Source: Octopus sinensis
Lineage: Eukaryota
Reading direction: 5' to 3'
Length of the DNA stretch: 64,000 bases
Assembly (NCBI RefSeq): GCF_006345805.1
Contig: NC_043006.1
Span: forward strand, 100,068,001 to 100,132,000
This document shows positions 38,462 to 52,230 of this stretch, piece after piece. A model generated the notes under the pieces. That model was not told where the DNA came from, ran no database searches, and worked only from the letters and a program-made list of their open reading frames with translations. The position numbers and the translations under genes were made by a program. Numbering within the stretch: the stretch's first letter is position 1; the number at the start of each line of letters is the position of its first letter.

Positions 38462-39729
38462 ATTGGGTCAACTCATAAATAATTCGTTTTTTTTCAATTT
38501 CATGACCTAAGAGTCGGAGGGGACGGGATAAACAACCTGCTTCAATCTGCTATAAAACAGGTAGTAATTTTACCTTGTCCTTATTTGGGGCAAGTTTTGA
38601 AAAGTACTGTTCTAATTTAAGTTATTTTTTCAAAGCTATAATGAAAGTGACAAAGGAGCATCTTCAGCATATTTTGCTTTATGAGTTCAACAAAAGAATC
38701 ATCGCAACGGAAAGTCGAGGAAAATTAATGCAGTAAATGAGGATCGGACAATAAGCCTAAGCCTGTGTCAACGGTGGTTGCAGAAATTCCGAGAGCAAAC
38801 TACAGCCTAGAACACGATCTTCGTTCTGGAAGATATGTAGAGCTCGACGAGGATATCCTGCAAACCCTGGTGGAGCAAAATCCCATCGTAACTATAGAAG
38901 AACTAGCAGAGAAGCTTGGATTTGGTCATTCCACCACTCATCGACAACTGCGATCCATCGGAAAAGTCAGTAAATTGGGTCAATGAGTCTAATCGCGCAC
39001 CAAGAGCGAATATGTGCTCTTCTTTGCTGTCATGTCTCAAGAATGAACCTTTTTTGAACCGAATACTGACTGGTGGCAAGAAATGTGTTCTCTATAAAAA
39101 TGCCAAGCGCTTCAAGACAGTAAGTAGGGAAAGGAGAAATACCGGCACCCAGGCTAAAGAAGATTTTCACCCACATAAGGTGTTGTTATCAGTTCGGTGA
39201 GATATGAAAGGTTTAATCCAATTTGAACTTTCAAACCCAAACCAAACGTTAACAAGGGAGATCTACTGCAAGTAGCTTCAGCAGCTTAAGTCAGCGCTAG
39301 AAGAAAAACAACCATCTTTGGTTTCAAGACAAAAGGTGTCCTTCAATCAGAATAATGCTCGGCCAAATACAGCGAGGGTGAGATTCCAAAGGCTGAAGCA
39401 GAATGAATGGGAAACGATGTCCAACCCACCATATTCACGGACGTTTCTCCTTCTGATTATCATTTATTCTGCAGTCTTCAAAATCATTTGAACGGAAAAA
39501 TTATGAATTCTGTAGACAAGGTCAGAGCAGTACCGGAGGAGTGAGTATTTTTCGTCATGGGCAAGTGAATTTTGCAAGAGGGGGCTTGCAAGTCTACCAG
39601 GCAGACGGAAGAGGATTGTCGAACATGAAGGAGAGTATGTTTTAGATTAAAAAAGAACTGTATTTCTCTTGATTTTGAAAAATAAAAGAAATATAAAAAA
39701 ACACTGCATTATTTATGGGATAACCAATA
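38462..39729 (+). mobile_element. Tc1/mariner element, degenerate full-length copy
   Basis: ~1.27 kb. Degenerate TIRs (attgggtcaactcataaataattcg / reverse complement attggttatcccataaataatgcag). Transposase fragments MKVTKEHLQHILLYEF, TIEELAEKLG, FLNRILTGGKKCVLY, HPHKVLLSV. Confidence 0.85.
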
Positions 39730-40112
39730 TGTGTGTGTGTTTGAGTGTATGTTTCATATGTGTATATGAGTGTTTGTTTGTGTGTGTGTGTATACATTTT
39801 TCATCTGCCTTGAAGACTTTACCTACAGATGTTGCGAGACAAAACAAAGCTGAAAAGCCTGAGGGCATAATTTCCTCTTAAGCGAAATCTTCAAATTCTC
39901 AAATTTAAACATAAAATTGAGGATACCTCAAAACAAATAACAAATCGGTTGAAAGATGGATGAGAAATCTCAGGATGGCCCCAGGAACAGACTTGGTCAG
40001 AGTGTGCATCTGGAGATTTAAGGAGGAAGACAGGAAGCGGGAATTTGATCAGGTGGTCAGGGTGACTGCAGTCCAGTAGGGGTTTCTAAGAGTAGGACGC
40101 ATGCATCTATAT

Positions 40113-40523
40113 TACTCTTTTACTATTTTACTTGTTTCAGTCATTTGACTGCGGCAGTGCTGGAGCACCGCTTTTTAATCGAGCAACTCGACCCCGGGAC
40201 TTATTCTTTTGTAAGCCCAGTACTTATTCTATCGGTCTCTTTTGCCGAACCGCTAAGTAACAGGGACATAGACACACCAGCATCAGTTGTCAAGCAATGC
40301 TAGGGGGACAAACACAGACACACAAACACACACACGCACACATATATATATACATATATACGACGGGCTTCTTTCAGTTTCTGTCTACCAAATCCACTCA
40401 CAAGGCTTTGGTCGGCCCGAGGCTATAGTGGAAGACACTTGCCCAAGGTGCTACGCAGTGGGACTGAACCCGGAACCATGTGGTTAGTAAACAAGCTACT
40501 TACCACACAGCCACTACTGCGCC

Positions 40524-40524
<1 letters not shown>
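40113..40524 (-). mobile_element. SINE family A, full length
   Basis: Same sequence family. Confidence 0.9.
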
Positions 40525-40574
<50 letters not shown>

Positions 40575-41522
40575 TAGTAATGCAATACTACAGTATTGCT
40601 TTCCGGTAAAGAATAGCACGTGAGGGAAAAATACACAAGTAGTAAATATATGGCCATATATTTACTACTTTGTATATATGTTTATATATATATTTATTTA
40701 TATTTCCTTTAACTAAAACTCGGAGGCTCGTAATGAAAAACTGGCGCTATAGTTTCTTATACTCCTTATAAACTTATCTTTTGTTCTCTGCCTAATAATA
40801 TATAGTTTTAGCAGTTTCCGCTTCAGCTCTGTAGGTATTGTACTTCAACAGAAATCTATTTCTCGTTGGTTCGGATCTTGTTCAAATTTCTCAAATTCTA
40901 ACCATGTAAAAAGATTTCTTTTTACCGATTAAACAGAAAATTCTGCAGTCATGATTTCATTTAATGTAATTCGTCAGTTTTTGCTAATATGTCATGTTTT
41001 CTTCATTCTTTTCACCTCTATCATTTATCTCGAGTTCTGTATTGTTCTCGGCTTCCATGACAACAAGAAAAATAATTAGTTTCTTTATATCTTGGAAACA
41101 TTTGTAATTTTTTTTTACTTTTTACATTACGTTTTGTCATACACTATATATTTTATAAGAATATCCTATTTCCTGGCGTGTCCTATTCTCCTTATTTATG
41201 CCATATATAAACGCCTTTCACAGATTTTGGTTAATGAATATAAACCCATTCTTTGAATTACATGCTCTCGTGTCTTGTGTTGCTAATTCACTTAATTTCA
41301 GTTCGAGAATATTGCAATTCTGAATAATTAACGAAACTGCTAGAATATGAGGCCTATTACGATCTGTTTATACTTCATATTAGTAGAATGTGAATATAAT
41401 ATTCATTCCTGGTCTCTTATTTCATTTCTGTATGTTCTATTCTGTCTTATTAATTCATAATCTTTTGTGGGTCTGTTCGTTCCGATTCTCTTCTCGCTGT
41501 TCTTTTATTCTTTTATTTAACA

Positions 41523-41894
41523 CTAGCAGTATCGCCCGGCGTTGCTCGGGTTTGTAAGGGAAATAACTATATAAGCATTTTTAGAGAGTTATAGCCAAAA
41601 CAATAGCAAAAAAATGATGGTAAATTTCTTTTTAATCGTTGACTCATCGTAGACATTTTTAGAGAGTTACTTCCCTTATATAATAGCGAAAAAAATGCAT
41701 TAAAATGGAAAAAAATTATGGTAATTTATTTTTTTAAATCGTAGACTCATCGTAGACGCGCGCTAATACCCAGAAGGGCTCGATATGAATCACGACTATA
41801 AGATACCCGGTTTTGGTTAAACTGCACCGCAAAATGTGGGAGTAGTTAGGAATCTAAATCGTAGGAGACAGGCACAGACTTATATATATAAAGA
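41523..41894 (-). mobile_element. Non-autonomous Helitron
   Basis: Reverse complement of the same family, with TC/CTAG ends and an A|T target. Confidence 0.85.
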
Positions 41895-42551
41895 TAACAT
41901 AAATGCATCTAATTAATTTCCCCTTGTCAAAGACGCATTCACGCTATTTCCCAAACCTAACTTCCTTTAATTCCTCTTGTAAAACCTTGCATACCCTGCA
42001 ACCTTATTTCTAGTTGTTTATCTTAGAGAACCTGGGACTTGAATATATCTACATAGAAAATAACACCAATTAGATTTCCATATAATTGTTTCTCAGTTCT
42101 GTTCGTATTTGCTTTCTATTCCTCTGCAAACGTTTTATCCTCGTACCTCACGTGTATTGCGTTAGAAGAACAAATATTTCTAACGTAAACTGCATATATT
42201 GACATTTCTCATTATTCTAACATTTTCGCGCTCCCCTGACAGACGTACGCTTAGCACGGATGCGCCTACTACACTTGAAACATCAACAAACTAGACTAGA
42301 GGTTCGATAACATGCATAGAACAGCTAAACCTTACCCGAATTACACTACAATCTTAAAGAAGAAAGAATGTAGAGAATAATGCATTTGATTTTGTCAATT
42401 GGGAGAATGTGATCTATAGATTGCATCTGATGATACATCTGTTGCGGAAGCAACATGCACGAAAAAACATCCAGTTTCTTTCAAATAGCCGTTTAGAAGA
42501 TTCTAATATCTAAGTATAGATGCATTTACCATTTTCCACCCAAACGGGCTC

Positions 42552-42561
42552 ATGCACACAC

Positions 42562-42605
<44 letters not shown>

Positions 42606-42889
42606 ACACACATACACACACATGTACACACACACACATATACACACACATACACACACATGTACACACACATACACACACACACACACTCACACACACA
42701 CACACATACACACACACTCACACACACACACTCACACACACATACACACACACATGCACACACACACTCACACACATACACACACAAACACTCACACACA
42801 CATACACACACACATGCATACACACGCACATACACACACTCACGCACACACTCACACATATACACACACATACACACACACACTTACAC

Positions 42890-42931
<42 letters not shown>

Positions 42932-42955
42932 ACACATACACACACACACACATGT
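42552..42955. repeat. Degenerate (CA)n microsatellite, ~400 bp
   Basis: Direct reading of the sequence. Confidence 0.95.
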
Positions 42956-43333
42956 ATGCGTAAATATTTCACAAACCAAACGAAAAAATATGAAATACTT
43001 GAACCCCAGCTGAACCATCCAAGATGTATTAAAACTCATTAGTCAAGGATGTGTCAATTAGAAGTTTGAAGTTTCAACAAACGAAGAAATATTTACACAC
43101 CACGGATGATGTGACAAACTAACCCCCCGGGGGAAACACGTCTGAGCAAACAAATTTAAAACATCCCAAATAGTGAATCGTAATGAAAACAAGATTTACC
43201 TTTGGATGCTATTTGTGTGTTTGTGAATTCATTAGTCTTCAATAGTCGTTGACTCTTTCCGTTATTGGACCAAGACAAAGGCTACTGAAGAGGTTGCAAG
43301 ACGATACGAAAACTTTAGAAAAAATAAGTAAAT

Positions 43334-43514
43334 AGACGCAGGAGTGGCTGTGTGGTAAGTAGCTTGCTAACCAATCACATAGTTCCGGGTTCAGTCCCAC
43401 TGCGTGGCATCTTGGGCAAGTGTCTTCTACTATAGCCCCGGGCCGACCAATGCCTTGTGAGTGGATTTGGTAGACGGAAACTGAAAGAAGCCTGTCGTAT
43501 ATATGTATATATAT

Positions 43515-43569
<55 letters not shown>

Positions 43570-43786
43570 TTGTGTGTCTGTGTTTGTCCCCCTAGCATTG
43601 CTTGACAACCGATGCTGGTGTGTTTACGTCCCCGTCACTTAGCGGTTCGGCAAAAGAGACCGATAGAATAAGTACTGGGCTTACAAAGAATAAGTCCCGG
43701 GGTCGATTTGCTCGACTAAAGGCGGTGCTCCAGCATGGCCGCAGTCAAATGACTGAAACAAGTAAAAGAGTAAGAGAGTAAAGAGT
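43334..43786 (+). mobile_element. SINE family A, full length
   Basis: gacgcaggagtggctgtgtggtaagtagcttgctaaccaatcacatagttccgggttcagtccc ... gtaaaagagtaagagagtaaagagt tail. Confidence 0.9.
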
Positions 43787-46388
43787 AGAGTGGAAATCGA
43801 ACCGGTTAGTGTCTTAAGTAATAAAGGCATTAAAAGAGAGTGTCTCTCCCCAGACAATAAAATATGCTTCAACAGACGAATGATTCTCTAACAGCTGTTT
43901 CTAGAGTAGCCAGGTATGTGAATCATGATACTGCGCTAAGTGAATTTAGGTAATATATAAGAAACGCATTATGAGTAGCGCACTCGTCGACGTTTCCTTC
44001 AACCAAACCTTACTAAATAAACTTCTGAATGCGTTGAAACAATCGTGCTCAGAATTCCCTATTTTATAACACACACACACACACACGTACATACACACGC
44101 ACTCACACATACATAGATATGCATATACATTTGTTTATATTATAATATATATGTTATACTTCATTGTAAGCAAATGTTATTGTCCGCATTGCTATACGAT
44201 ATATTCAAAACGTAATATTTTGTCGGAAAGGCAGTCAGAAGAGCAGGTATCCCTATCTCTTCCTTACATTTGTTATGTACTTATGTAGCGAAGACATATA
44301 ACACTGAAGACCCAAGTGTGCTTGTATATAAATATTATATGAGTTATATTTGCAGCTGAAGAAAAACCGAACTACTAAACATCTCATATTCTCTACATAG
44401 TGTTTTCTATTACTAACCCACTTGAAACCAGAAAGCATCATTTGTGTTCTAGCTTTCGTTCACTAGAAATATAAATTGTGAAGCAGCTATAACAATTGTA
44501 TTTTACTCGTACACACGAAAAAGGATGTCAGCATTAATTTTCATTATCTTTGATGTTAGTACAATATGCATAAATTTATAACATTCAGACAGATTAAACG
44601 TTTACACGAAAACACATGCCATTTATCACTAATATACGAGTCTATTAATTATTAAAATGTGTATAGAATATCGAAAACTTCTCTGATTATTACCTAGAAG
44701 TAAATGAGTCATAAATTACCACCTATGTGATTGATTATTCAGTACTTCCGACGTTAAATATGTAGAAAATATGAATAATTTGATACATAAATACGAGTTA
44801 AAGAAATGTACGTATACCTATTCTGCAAACTCCTCAGTATTTAGTAAAATATTTAAAGCAATCAATTAGCAAATATTCTGGTGCTAAAATATATAGTAAC
44901 TGTAAATCTAACCAGAATATTAATGCTGGGCTAAAAGAAACAGTCAACATTTCCACATTCATAATCTACTCTCATAAAATCATATCATTTCCGATGCAAT
45001 ATACAGCATGAAATCCGGCACTAATTAGAAAGAGGTATTTATACATTTCTTTGAATATAATTTCTGAAATTCGATTAAATTTCAGGCAGCTATGAGAACA
45101 AGCCATCGTGTCGCATCCTTAGTAATTGTAAGATAACTTCACGTTGCATTAATCCGATAATCTATTTTGCAATGAATGTACCCTCGTTATTTACTTTATT
45201 TCATCTAGATAAATATATTCTAGGTTTCTTTTGCCGATGCCTCACTGTCTCGGTTTTTATGGATAAAATAAATAATGCGTTTTTTAATAGATGTTGTGTG
45301 TATATATATATACACAAAAGCTCAGTGAGATAAACTTACGCATCTTAAAATTTCAGAACTAATTTGAGTCATATCACTTATCTCTGAAAGTAAGTGGGAG
45401 GTTCTGTGAGGGTTATTTTAATTATAATTTCTCAGGCATAATTACACTGACGCTTTTTTGTATCAGGTAATATAGGTAATGAGTACAATGATTATAACAA
45501 TTTTATTTCTTAAATGACTGATTTATGAAGAATGGTTAGCGAGTTTGAAATATCCCTTTACTTTGAGTGAATCGTCGATAACAAATAAAAGTGAAAATAT
45601 AGATCTTTAAGAAATATAATGTTCTAGAAATGATATATTGGGAGAGGGGATAACAGGTATAGTTTCTGGTAGGTGAGGCACGGAAAGATGAGGCAAGATT
45701 TTTGTTGTATTTTCTAGGGATAAAACCAGTCGAGAAAATCCATGAATAACGGGAACACATCCATTACAATCAGCGTTTCGTTTCAGACAAATTATACTTC
45801 GGACTACATCATCCAATATTTCCCTACTAAAATTGATTGGGGTAATTCAATGAGATTAAACTCCTACATCTTGCAGAGCAAGTGACCAAGTGACAGTTCA
45901 CTGACTACTTCCTTTGCTTTGCATACAACCAATATATTTGCTGAACAAATAACGAAATAACGTATCCTTTGTTAATAAATAATAAATAGATGCATTAGCA
46001 GTATTCCTTATTGATGCCATAACATACTGCATAACAAGCTCATAGATATCAAGCAGCACTGATGGTGTAAATAATATGCATATAATGGGAAAAGTCACAG
46101 ATTTATACAATCAGACACGACTGAAATTAAAGATGATCTGAACTAGTTCCAATATTTCATGACACTTACTCAGAAGCGTAAGATATGTGATACTCTATAC
46201 AGATTTATCCCGGCAGTATATATCTGTAACATTCTCTTGTATAAATGACGCATACTTGGCGTTTACAGTCGATCAATAACTTACTTATGAAGCAGCACTG
46301 TTTGTTTTTCATGCTATAATTACAATAATTTTCTGTAGATTTCAGGGCTCTACCGAGTCTGTAAATTAATCGCTATGAATTTTTTTTA

Positions 46389-46745
46389 GGAAGCACTCCG
46401 TCGGTTACGACGACGAGGGTTCCGGTTGATCCGATCAACGGAACAGCCTGCTCGTGAAATTAACGTGTAAGTGGCTGAGCACTCCACAGACACGTGTACC
46501 CTTAACGTAGTTCTCGGGGATATTCAGTGTGACAGAGAGAGTGACAAGGCCGGTCCTTTGAAATACAGGTACAACAGAAACAGGAAGTAAGAGTGAGAGA
46601 ATGTTGTGGTGAAAGAGTACAGCAGGGATCACCAGCATCCCTGCCGGAGCCTCGTGGAGCTTTTAGGTGTTTTCGCTCAATAAACACTCACAACGTCCGG
46701 TCTGGGAATCGAAACCGTGATCCTACGACCGCGTGTTCGCTGCCC
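46389..46745 (-). mobile_element. SINE family B, tail variant 3, slightly 5'-truncated
   Basis: Reverse complement of 24720-25082. Confidence 0.9.
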
Positions 46746-46997
46746 ACACGAGGGTCTAATAAATTGTATTTAAGACAAACCTCTGCCGATGATTTATAGA
46801 TGTCTATGTAAGTAAAATTACATATTACATTAGTAATGAAACAATTGTTCAGGGTCAATCTATTTTTTCGTTATATTTCACTTTCCTTCGTTAAATGTAA
46901 TGTTATTTCTTCTTGGAATCATCTTCTGTGGCTATACTAGTAACGGAGCTCTTTTTAGCACTAGAGCTATCCACATAGTGGTATCTCTCTTATAATT

Positions 46998-47046
<49 letters not shown>

Positions 47047-48106
47047 ATGTAAGGAAAAAAACATTTCCATAAAAATGATGGAAACATCCAATTTTGAATG
47101 GTACTTCAACTGAATACCACAAATAAAATGACATAATTGCAATATACAAATATTAAAGGAAATATACGAATACAATTGACATATTAAAAATTTATTTACA
47201 TTATAATATAAAATATAATTATACTATAAAAGGATACAATACTATATAATATAAGGAATAATTAAAACAAATATAAATCCAACAATTTTTTTCGACTGAT
47301 AACCACTAGCGAAGCTATAAAAATTCACATTCATGCTTATGAATTTCCCCAGGGTAATATTTGTTCCAAAAGCAGACAAATTTCATGCAAGTCTGCTAAA
47401 TAATAAAATAGACTGATTTCAAATATACCTGTATTTACAAGCGTGAGCGTTAATAATTCAAAGATGTAATAAATATAATAAAAACATAAACAAAATTCAA
47501 ATAAATAATAGAAATTAAGTAAACAAAACAATTGCAGTGGTCATAAAATATTCTTATACATAGCCAATAAAATTAATTTCAAAATATTTTAATCGAAAAT
47601 AATCACTGGCAATTATATTATATAACAAAATCTATATAATATGTGAAGAATTTATGGTGGAGTAGGAAATATATTTTATTTAAATTTACTATATACTATA
47701 ATGAATAATTAAATAAATAAATATGAATACATTTTATTGAAACACTAAATCCATTAAGAAATATTTTAATCAACGATTCATTTACTCAAGAGTTTCTACT
47801 AAATATACCGATGTTAAACAAATTACCATTATTATGAACTATAGCATTTCTTATATAAAATTGATGATAGTATATAACTAAAGTAACAAAATTTTATTTA
47901 ATTTTACAGAAGGAAATAATTTGTCTCACTAGCCACTACAAATTCTTTATTTTCTATGCTTGTTTCTTTCTGTGTTCCTTTCTGTGGAAGAGTGTTGGTT
48001 CGAAACGTTAAAGACCTTTTCACTTCCCTAGCGTTATACTAATGCATCTGTTTGATGTTTATACCACCTCTCTTCCTCTTTTGTTTTTTTGTGAATTCTC
48101 CCTATA

Positions 48107-48161
<55 letters not shown>

Positions 48162-48299
48162 ATGTACGTATGTATTTATACACACATAATACACACTCAT
48201 ATATATATGTATATATGTGTAAAGGTGCATTGTGTCTTTATGTAAATGTATATCTGCACATGAGTTTTCGTGTGTATGTGTGTGTGTGTGTGTGTGTGT

Positions 48300-49010
48300 T
48301 TGTCTTTTACTCAATCGTTTCTCGTTCGCTGGTGGTTTTTACCATCAGGTCTCGGGAGTGGCCATAGGAATGAGAATGTGCCCTACTATGCGAACCTGTT
48401 CATTGGCTACGTTGTGACCCAAATATTCTCAAGTTTCACTGGTCCCCCTCCTGAACCATACGGCCGTTATATTGACGAATGTATCGATGCGATCTCACGC
48501 TCCCACTTTTCCTGCACTATATCTGACACTCCTGTCTCCCTTCTTGACATTTTCGTCAGCATTTATCTCTCCACTCTCACCACCTCCATCCACTAAAAAC
48601 ACAAACTCACACTCATACCTCAACTTCTCCTCCCAAGCTAAATACACCAAGCTACCCATCCCCTATTCCTAATTACTCTGTGTACGCAGGCTCTACAGTG
48701 TGACAATGATTTTGACTCAGTCTCAACTCATGGCTCACCACTTCGTCCAACGTGGATATGCCCTCACCACTACCCACACTGCCCTTGCTAGAGCATGTAT
48801 CGATCACTCTTTGCAACACCTGTCAAATGTAAATAATGTAAGACCTGTCTGTGTTCGGATTGTCCTTGCACATGGGGCTAAACGGACTCACGTCTTCACC
48901 ATGAAAGAGATTAATCTTCTCTCTTCGCTCCTTTGCGCCACATGGGTTCAACTCTTCTCCTCTCTTCCTCTAATCCTCCTCCCCTCTCCTCTCTTCCTTT
49001 GACACCTATG
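48300..49010 (+). pseudogene. Degenerate Penelope-like RT relic
   Basis: Across frames: FSFAGGFYHQVSGVAIG, YANLFIGY, PEPYGRYIDE, SLLDI, HSYLNFSS, IPYS. Multiple stops and frameshifts. Confidence 0.8.
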
Positions 49011-49866
49011 TTATTTTACTTACTAAACTAAAATCAGAAACCAATTGGTTCAGGAAACTAGATGGTAAAATATTTTTATTTTTTCCTTTCGTTCCTGTCG
49101 AATTTTATCCCTAATTTTGTGGTTATGGAACCTAGCTGTTCTTTCTAGAGTGTTGAATCACACGAGTGGATTCCTCATGTGTTTAAATGTACACTGTATT
49201 TTATATATAGAGAGAGAGAGAAAGAGAGAGGGAGACAGACAGACTGGTACACAAAGTGTGAGAGAGGGAGGGAGGGTGTGACAGAGAGTCATCTATTTTT
49301 ATTGATAACGTAGCCATAACAAAATCTCTTACGCAGATAACTAAAATGAACTGAACAAGAATACTAATAATTACAGGTAGTTTAATGCATTTTAAAATCA
49401 AGGTAATGCTACACTTTTGAACTCTTTACATTGTTTTATTTATTACGTTATTCATCCTTTTGCACTATCCCATATCAACTGAGTTTCTTTATTCTATGCG
49501 TTCATAAAAATGAGGAAGTACTGACACGATTGTATAAATTTGAGGTATTTTCTTACATAATTTTCTTAGATATACACGTTCATGTATTCTATCATTTTGT
49601 CCATTTTTAGAATTAATCTGAGCAGATACCATCTGTAAACCACTCAGTTTGTAAGATGACTGTCATATTCATTCATAATACATCCCAGTAGCTTCGCACT
49701 TGAATATGATAATCACCGTCGCGTTTTGTCATAGAAGAGCAACTTTTGCAGAGCTGATATGTATTCTGAACACCTTCCATATATTAGTACAATGCATTCT
49801 GCAACATTCGGTCTATCACCCCTGTTGTATCTCGTGTTTGTATATGTATAAACACACTCATACACA

Positions 49867-49912
<46 letters not shown>

Positions 49913-50233
49913 ATTTAGGAATGGTCATTTTGCCAGTTTAGCCAATAAAAACACACGCACTATATATTAGGTGTTACTTTGTTTCAGCGTTATTTATTTT
50001 TTATATTAATCTTAATCTTATTTCGGCCAGAGTTCTTTCGTCACACTCCTGTCACCGCATCAGTGGTCCTTTGCTTTCTTCTTTCTTATTTGTGTGTCTC
50101 TCCTTATTAACCATCAGCCATTTTGTATTTCTATTCTATGTGTCTTCACTTGCGCATGTGTATATCTCTATATTTATCTATTTTTTATTTTTTTATTATT
50201 ATTATTACTATTATTATTGTTATACATACATAC

Positions 50234-50315
<82 letters not shown>

Positions 50316-50473
50316 GTGGGTGTAAACACATGAACAAAATAAGAATAAACAAAAACAAAAACTAATTACACGAACGTATATAAACATATATATTGGCTAA
50401 ACTGGCAAAATGACCATTCCTAAATACAACAATATCTGTTTCAACACACGATTTCACATCAAGAATCTTGCAA

Positions 50474-50554
<81 letters not shown>

Positions 50555-50642
50555 ATAATAAATATTAGGGAATGAATCCAAAATTACAGGGAAAAATCAG
50601 ATTTAGGGTTAAATCCAATTTTATAGTAAAATATTATATAAA

Positions 50643-50954
50643 ATAATTCTAGACAAAACCACTATTTTAAAACCAAACAAGGAAAGACTTAATCAATACA
50701 TAAAATTTTAATATAAATTAAATAAACCGCCACTACAAATGTTTCATGTCTGCTACCGACAATCTTCAGGTGGATTTTCGATCTTCTAATCAGTATCAAA
50801 TTTGATACTGATTAGAAGATCGAAAATCCACCTGAAGATTGTCGGTAGCAGACATGAAACATTTGTAGTGGCGGTTTATTTAATTTATATTAAAATTTTA
50901 TGTATTGATTAAGTCTTCCTTGTTTGGTTTTAAAATAGTGGTTTTGTCTCGAAT

Positions 50955-50957
<3 letters not shown>
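50643..50957. repeat. Spacer-less ~315-bp palindrome (PLE terminal-repeat remnant)
   Basis: Centre caaa|tttg at 50800/50801. The arms differ by about 1 indel and 1 substitution, plus ragged ends. Confidence 0.95.
50828..50871 (+). ncRNA. Minimal type I hammerhead motif (mirror copy at 50730-50773 on the minus strand)
   Basis: ccac-CTGAAGA-t-tgtc-ggtagca-gaca-t-GAAA-catttg-TA-gtgg. Confidence 0.75.
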
Positions 50958-50997
<40 letters not shown>

Positions 50998-51441
50998 TAT
51001 ATACATACCTTCACACAAAATCCCATTTACATATATGAATGAATGCAATTAGAAATAGAGGCGAAGGAACATCAAACACTTTTATGGATCATATATATAA
51101 GAACGAAGCACTATTATAGATCATAAATATATATTCGTTCAACTACATCACAAAATATACTAATGCTAAATTCTGAATATATTTGCTTACGTGTATATTT
51201 TCTGCATATAGATCAGTTTATCTGATTGTTCATTTTAATCAGCAGACTGACCTTAAATTACTTGAAATAGTCATAACCAATAAAACCGTATCATTTGATG
51301 TTATCTTTATTGCCTAGGTTTAGCAGAATCATTACCAATAATACAAAATAATATGCTAGATGATCTACTTAATGTCAAGCTTTTGAAATAAGGTATTTTC
51401 TACACACACACTCATATTTTTTCAATTTTTTGTAAATTCTT

Positions 51442-51605
51442 AATATTTGATGAAATAATAATAATTAATAATATTGATGAAATAATAATAATTATAATAT
51501 TGTTGAAATAATTCATAATTAATAATATTGATGAAATATTAATAGTTATATTATTGATGAAATAATAATAATTAATAATATTGATGAAATAATAATTAAT
51601 AATAT
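51442..51605. repeat. ~24-27 bp AT-rich minisatellite (aatattgatgaaataataataatt), about 6 units
   Basis: Direct reading of the sequence. Confidence 0.85.
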
Positions 51606-51670
51606 CATCGAAACCGGTAATATTTTATACTTTCTTTATCTAATTTTTAAATCATTTTATTAAATTATTC

Positions 51671-52230
51671 CTAAGTTGCCGAAAAGTCCTCGTTTTCTTG
51701 GCATATTGCCGAAAGTTCCTGGGAGCAATTGATTCGTTCTTCTTTTTGAAAATATATGAGCATCTGGGGAATCCATCATGCAGACAACTTCCGGGTGTGC
51801 AAATGGTCGTGAATGACTTTTTTCTCGGACCCTACACTTCTCGTCACTTCTTGGGCTAACTGCCGATTAGTTATGGGGTGATCCTCCAAAATAGGGGCTT
51901 CCACTTTATGTCGGAATGTGGTCATCCAGGGATAGGAATAGTTTCCACCGCTGCTAGACCAGTGCTTGACTATGTCATAAGATGGTGCATCTTCACTATA
52001 AACTTCTTTCATCTCATCGAACGTCTCTTTTGGTGTACGACCTTTCATGTATAAAAATCTGATCACTGACCTCTATTCAACGGCCTCCATTATAACACTA
52101 TAGTCCACTTCAGGAACCGTAAAAGACAAGCAAATACTAGTGGAAAGCTGCAATTTACTATATGACATGTAGAAACATGTTAGATTTTACCAGTAGAAGT
52201 TCCGTTTACTGCAATAACTGGAAGTGGGTC
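51671..52230 (-). mobile_element. Internally deleted mariner relic
   Basis: RSVIRFLYMKGRTPKETFDEMKEVYSEDAPSYDIVKHW (mariner N-terminal HTH). The end resembles the TIR of the 14926 MITE. Confidence 0.75.

Noticed and set aside
45898-46110. Hydrophobic ORF resembling GPCR TM6-TM7
   Set aside because: It lacks NPxxY and the right spacing to FR, all frames upstream have stops, and no other TM exons were found.
47045-47930. Very AT-rich stretch as a NUMT (LPWG and DL.EI.LLL resemble cytb or ND3)
   Set aside because: Only 4-8 residue similarities, stops in all frames even with the invertebrate mitochondrial code, and no collinear match.
51442-51605. CRISPR-like array
   Set aside because: Eukaryotic context. 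The units are tandem with no unique spacers.
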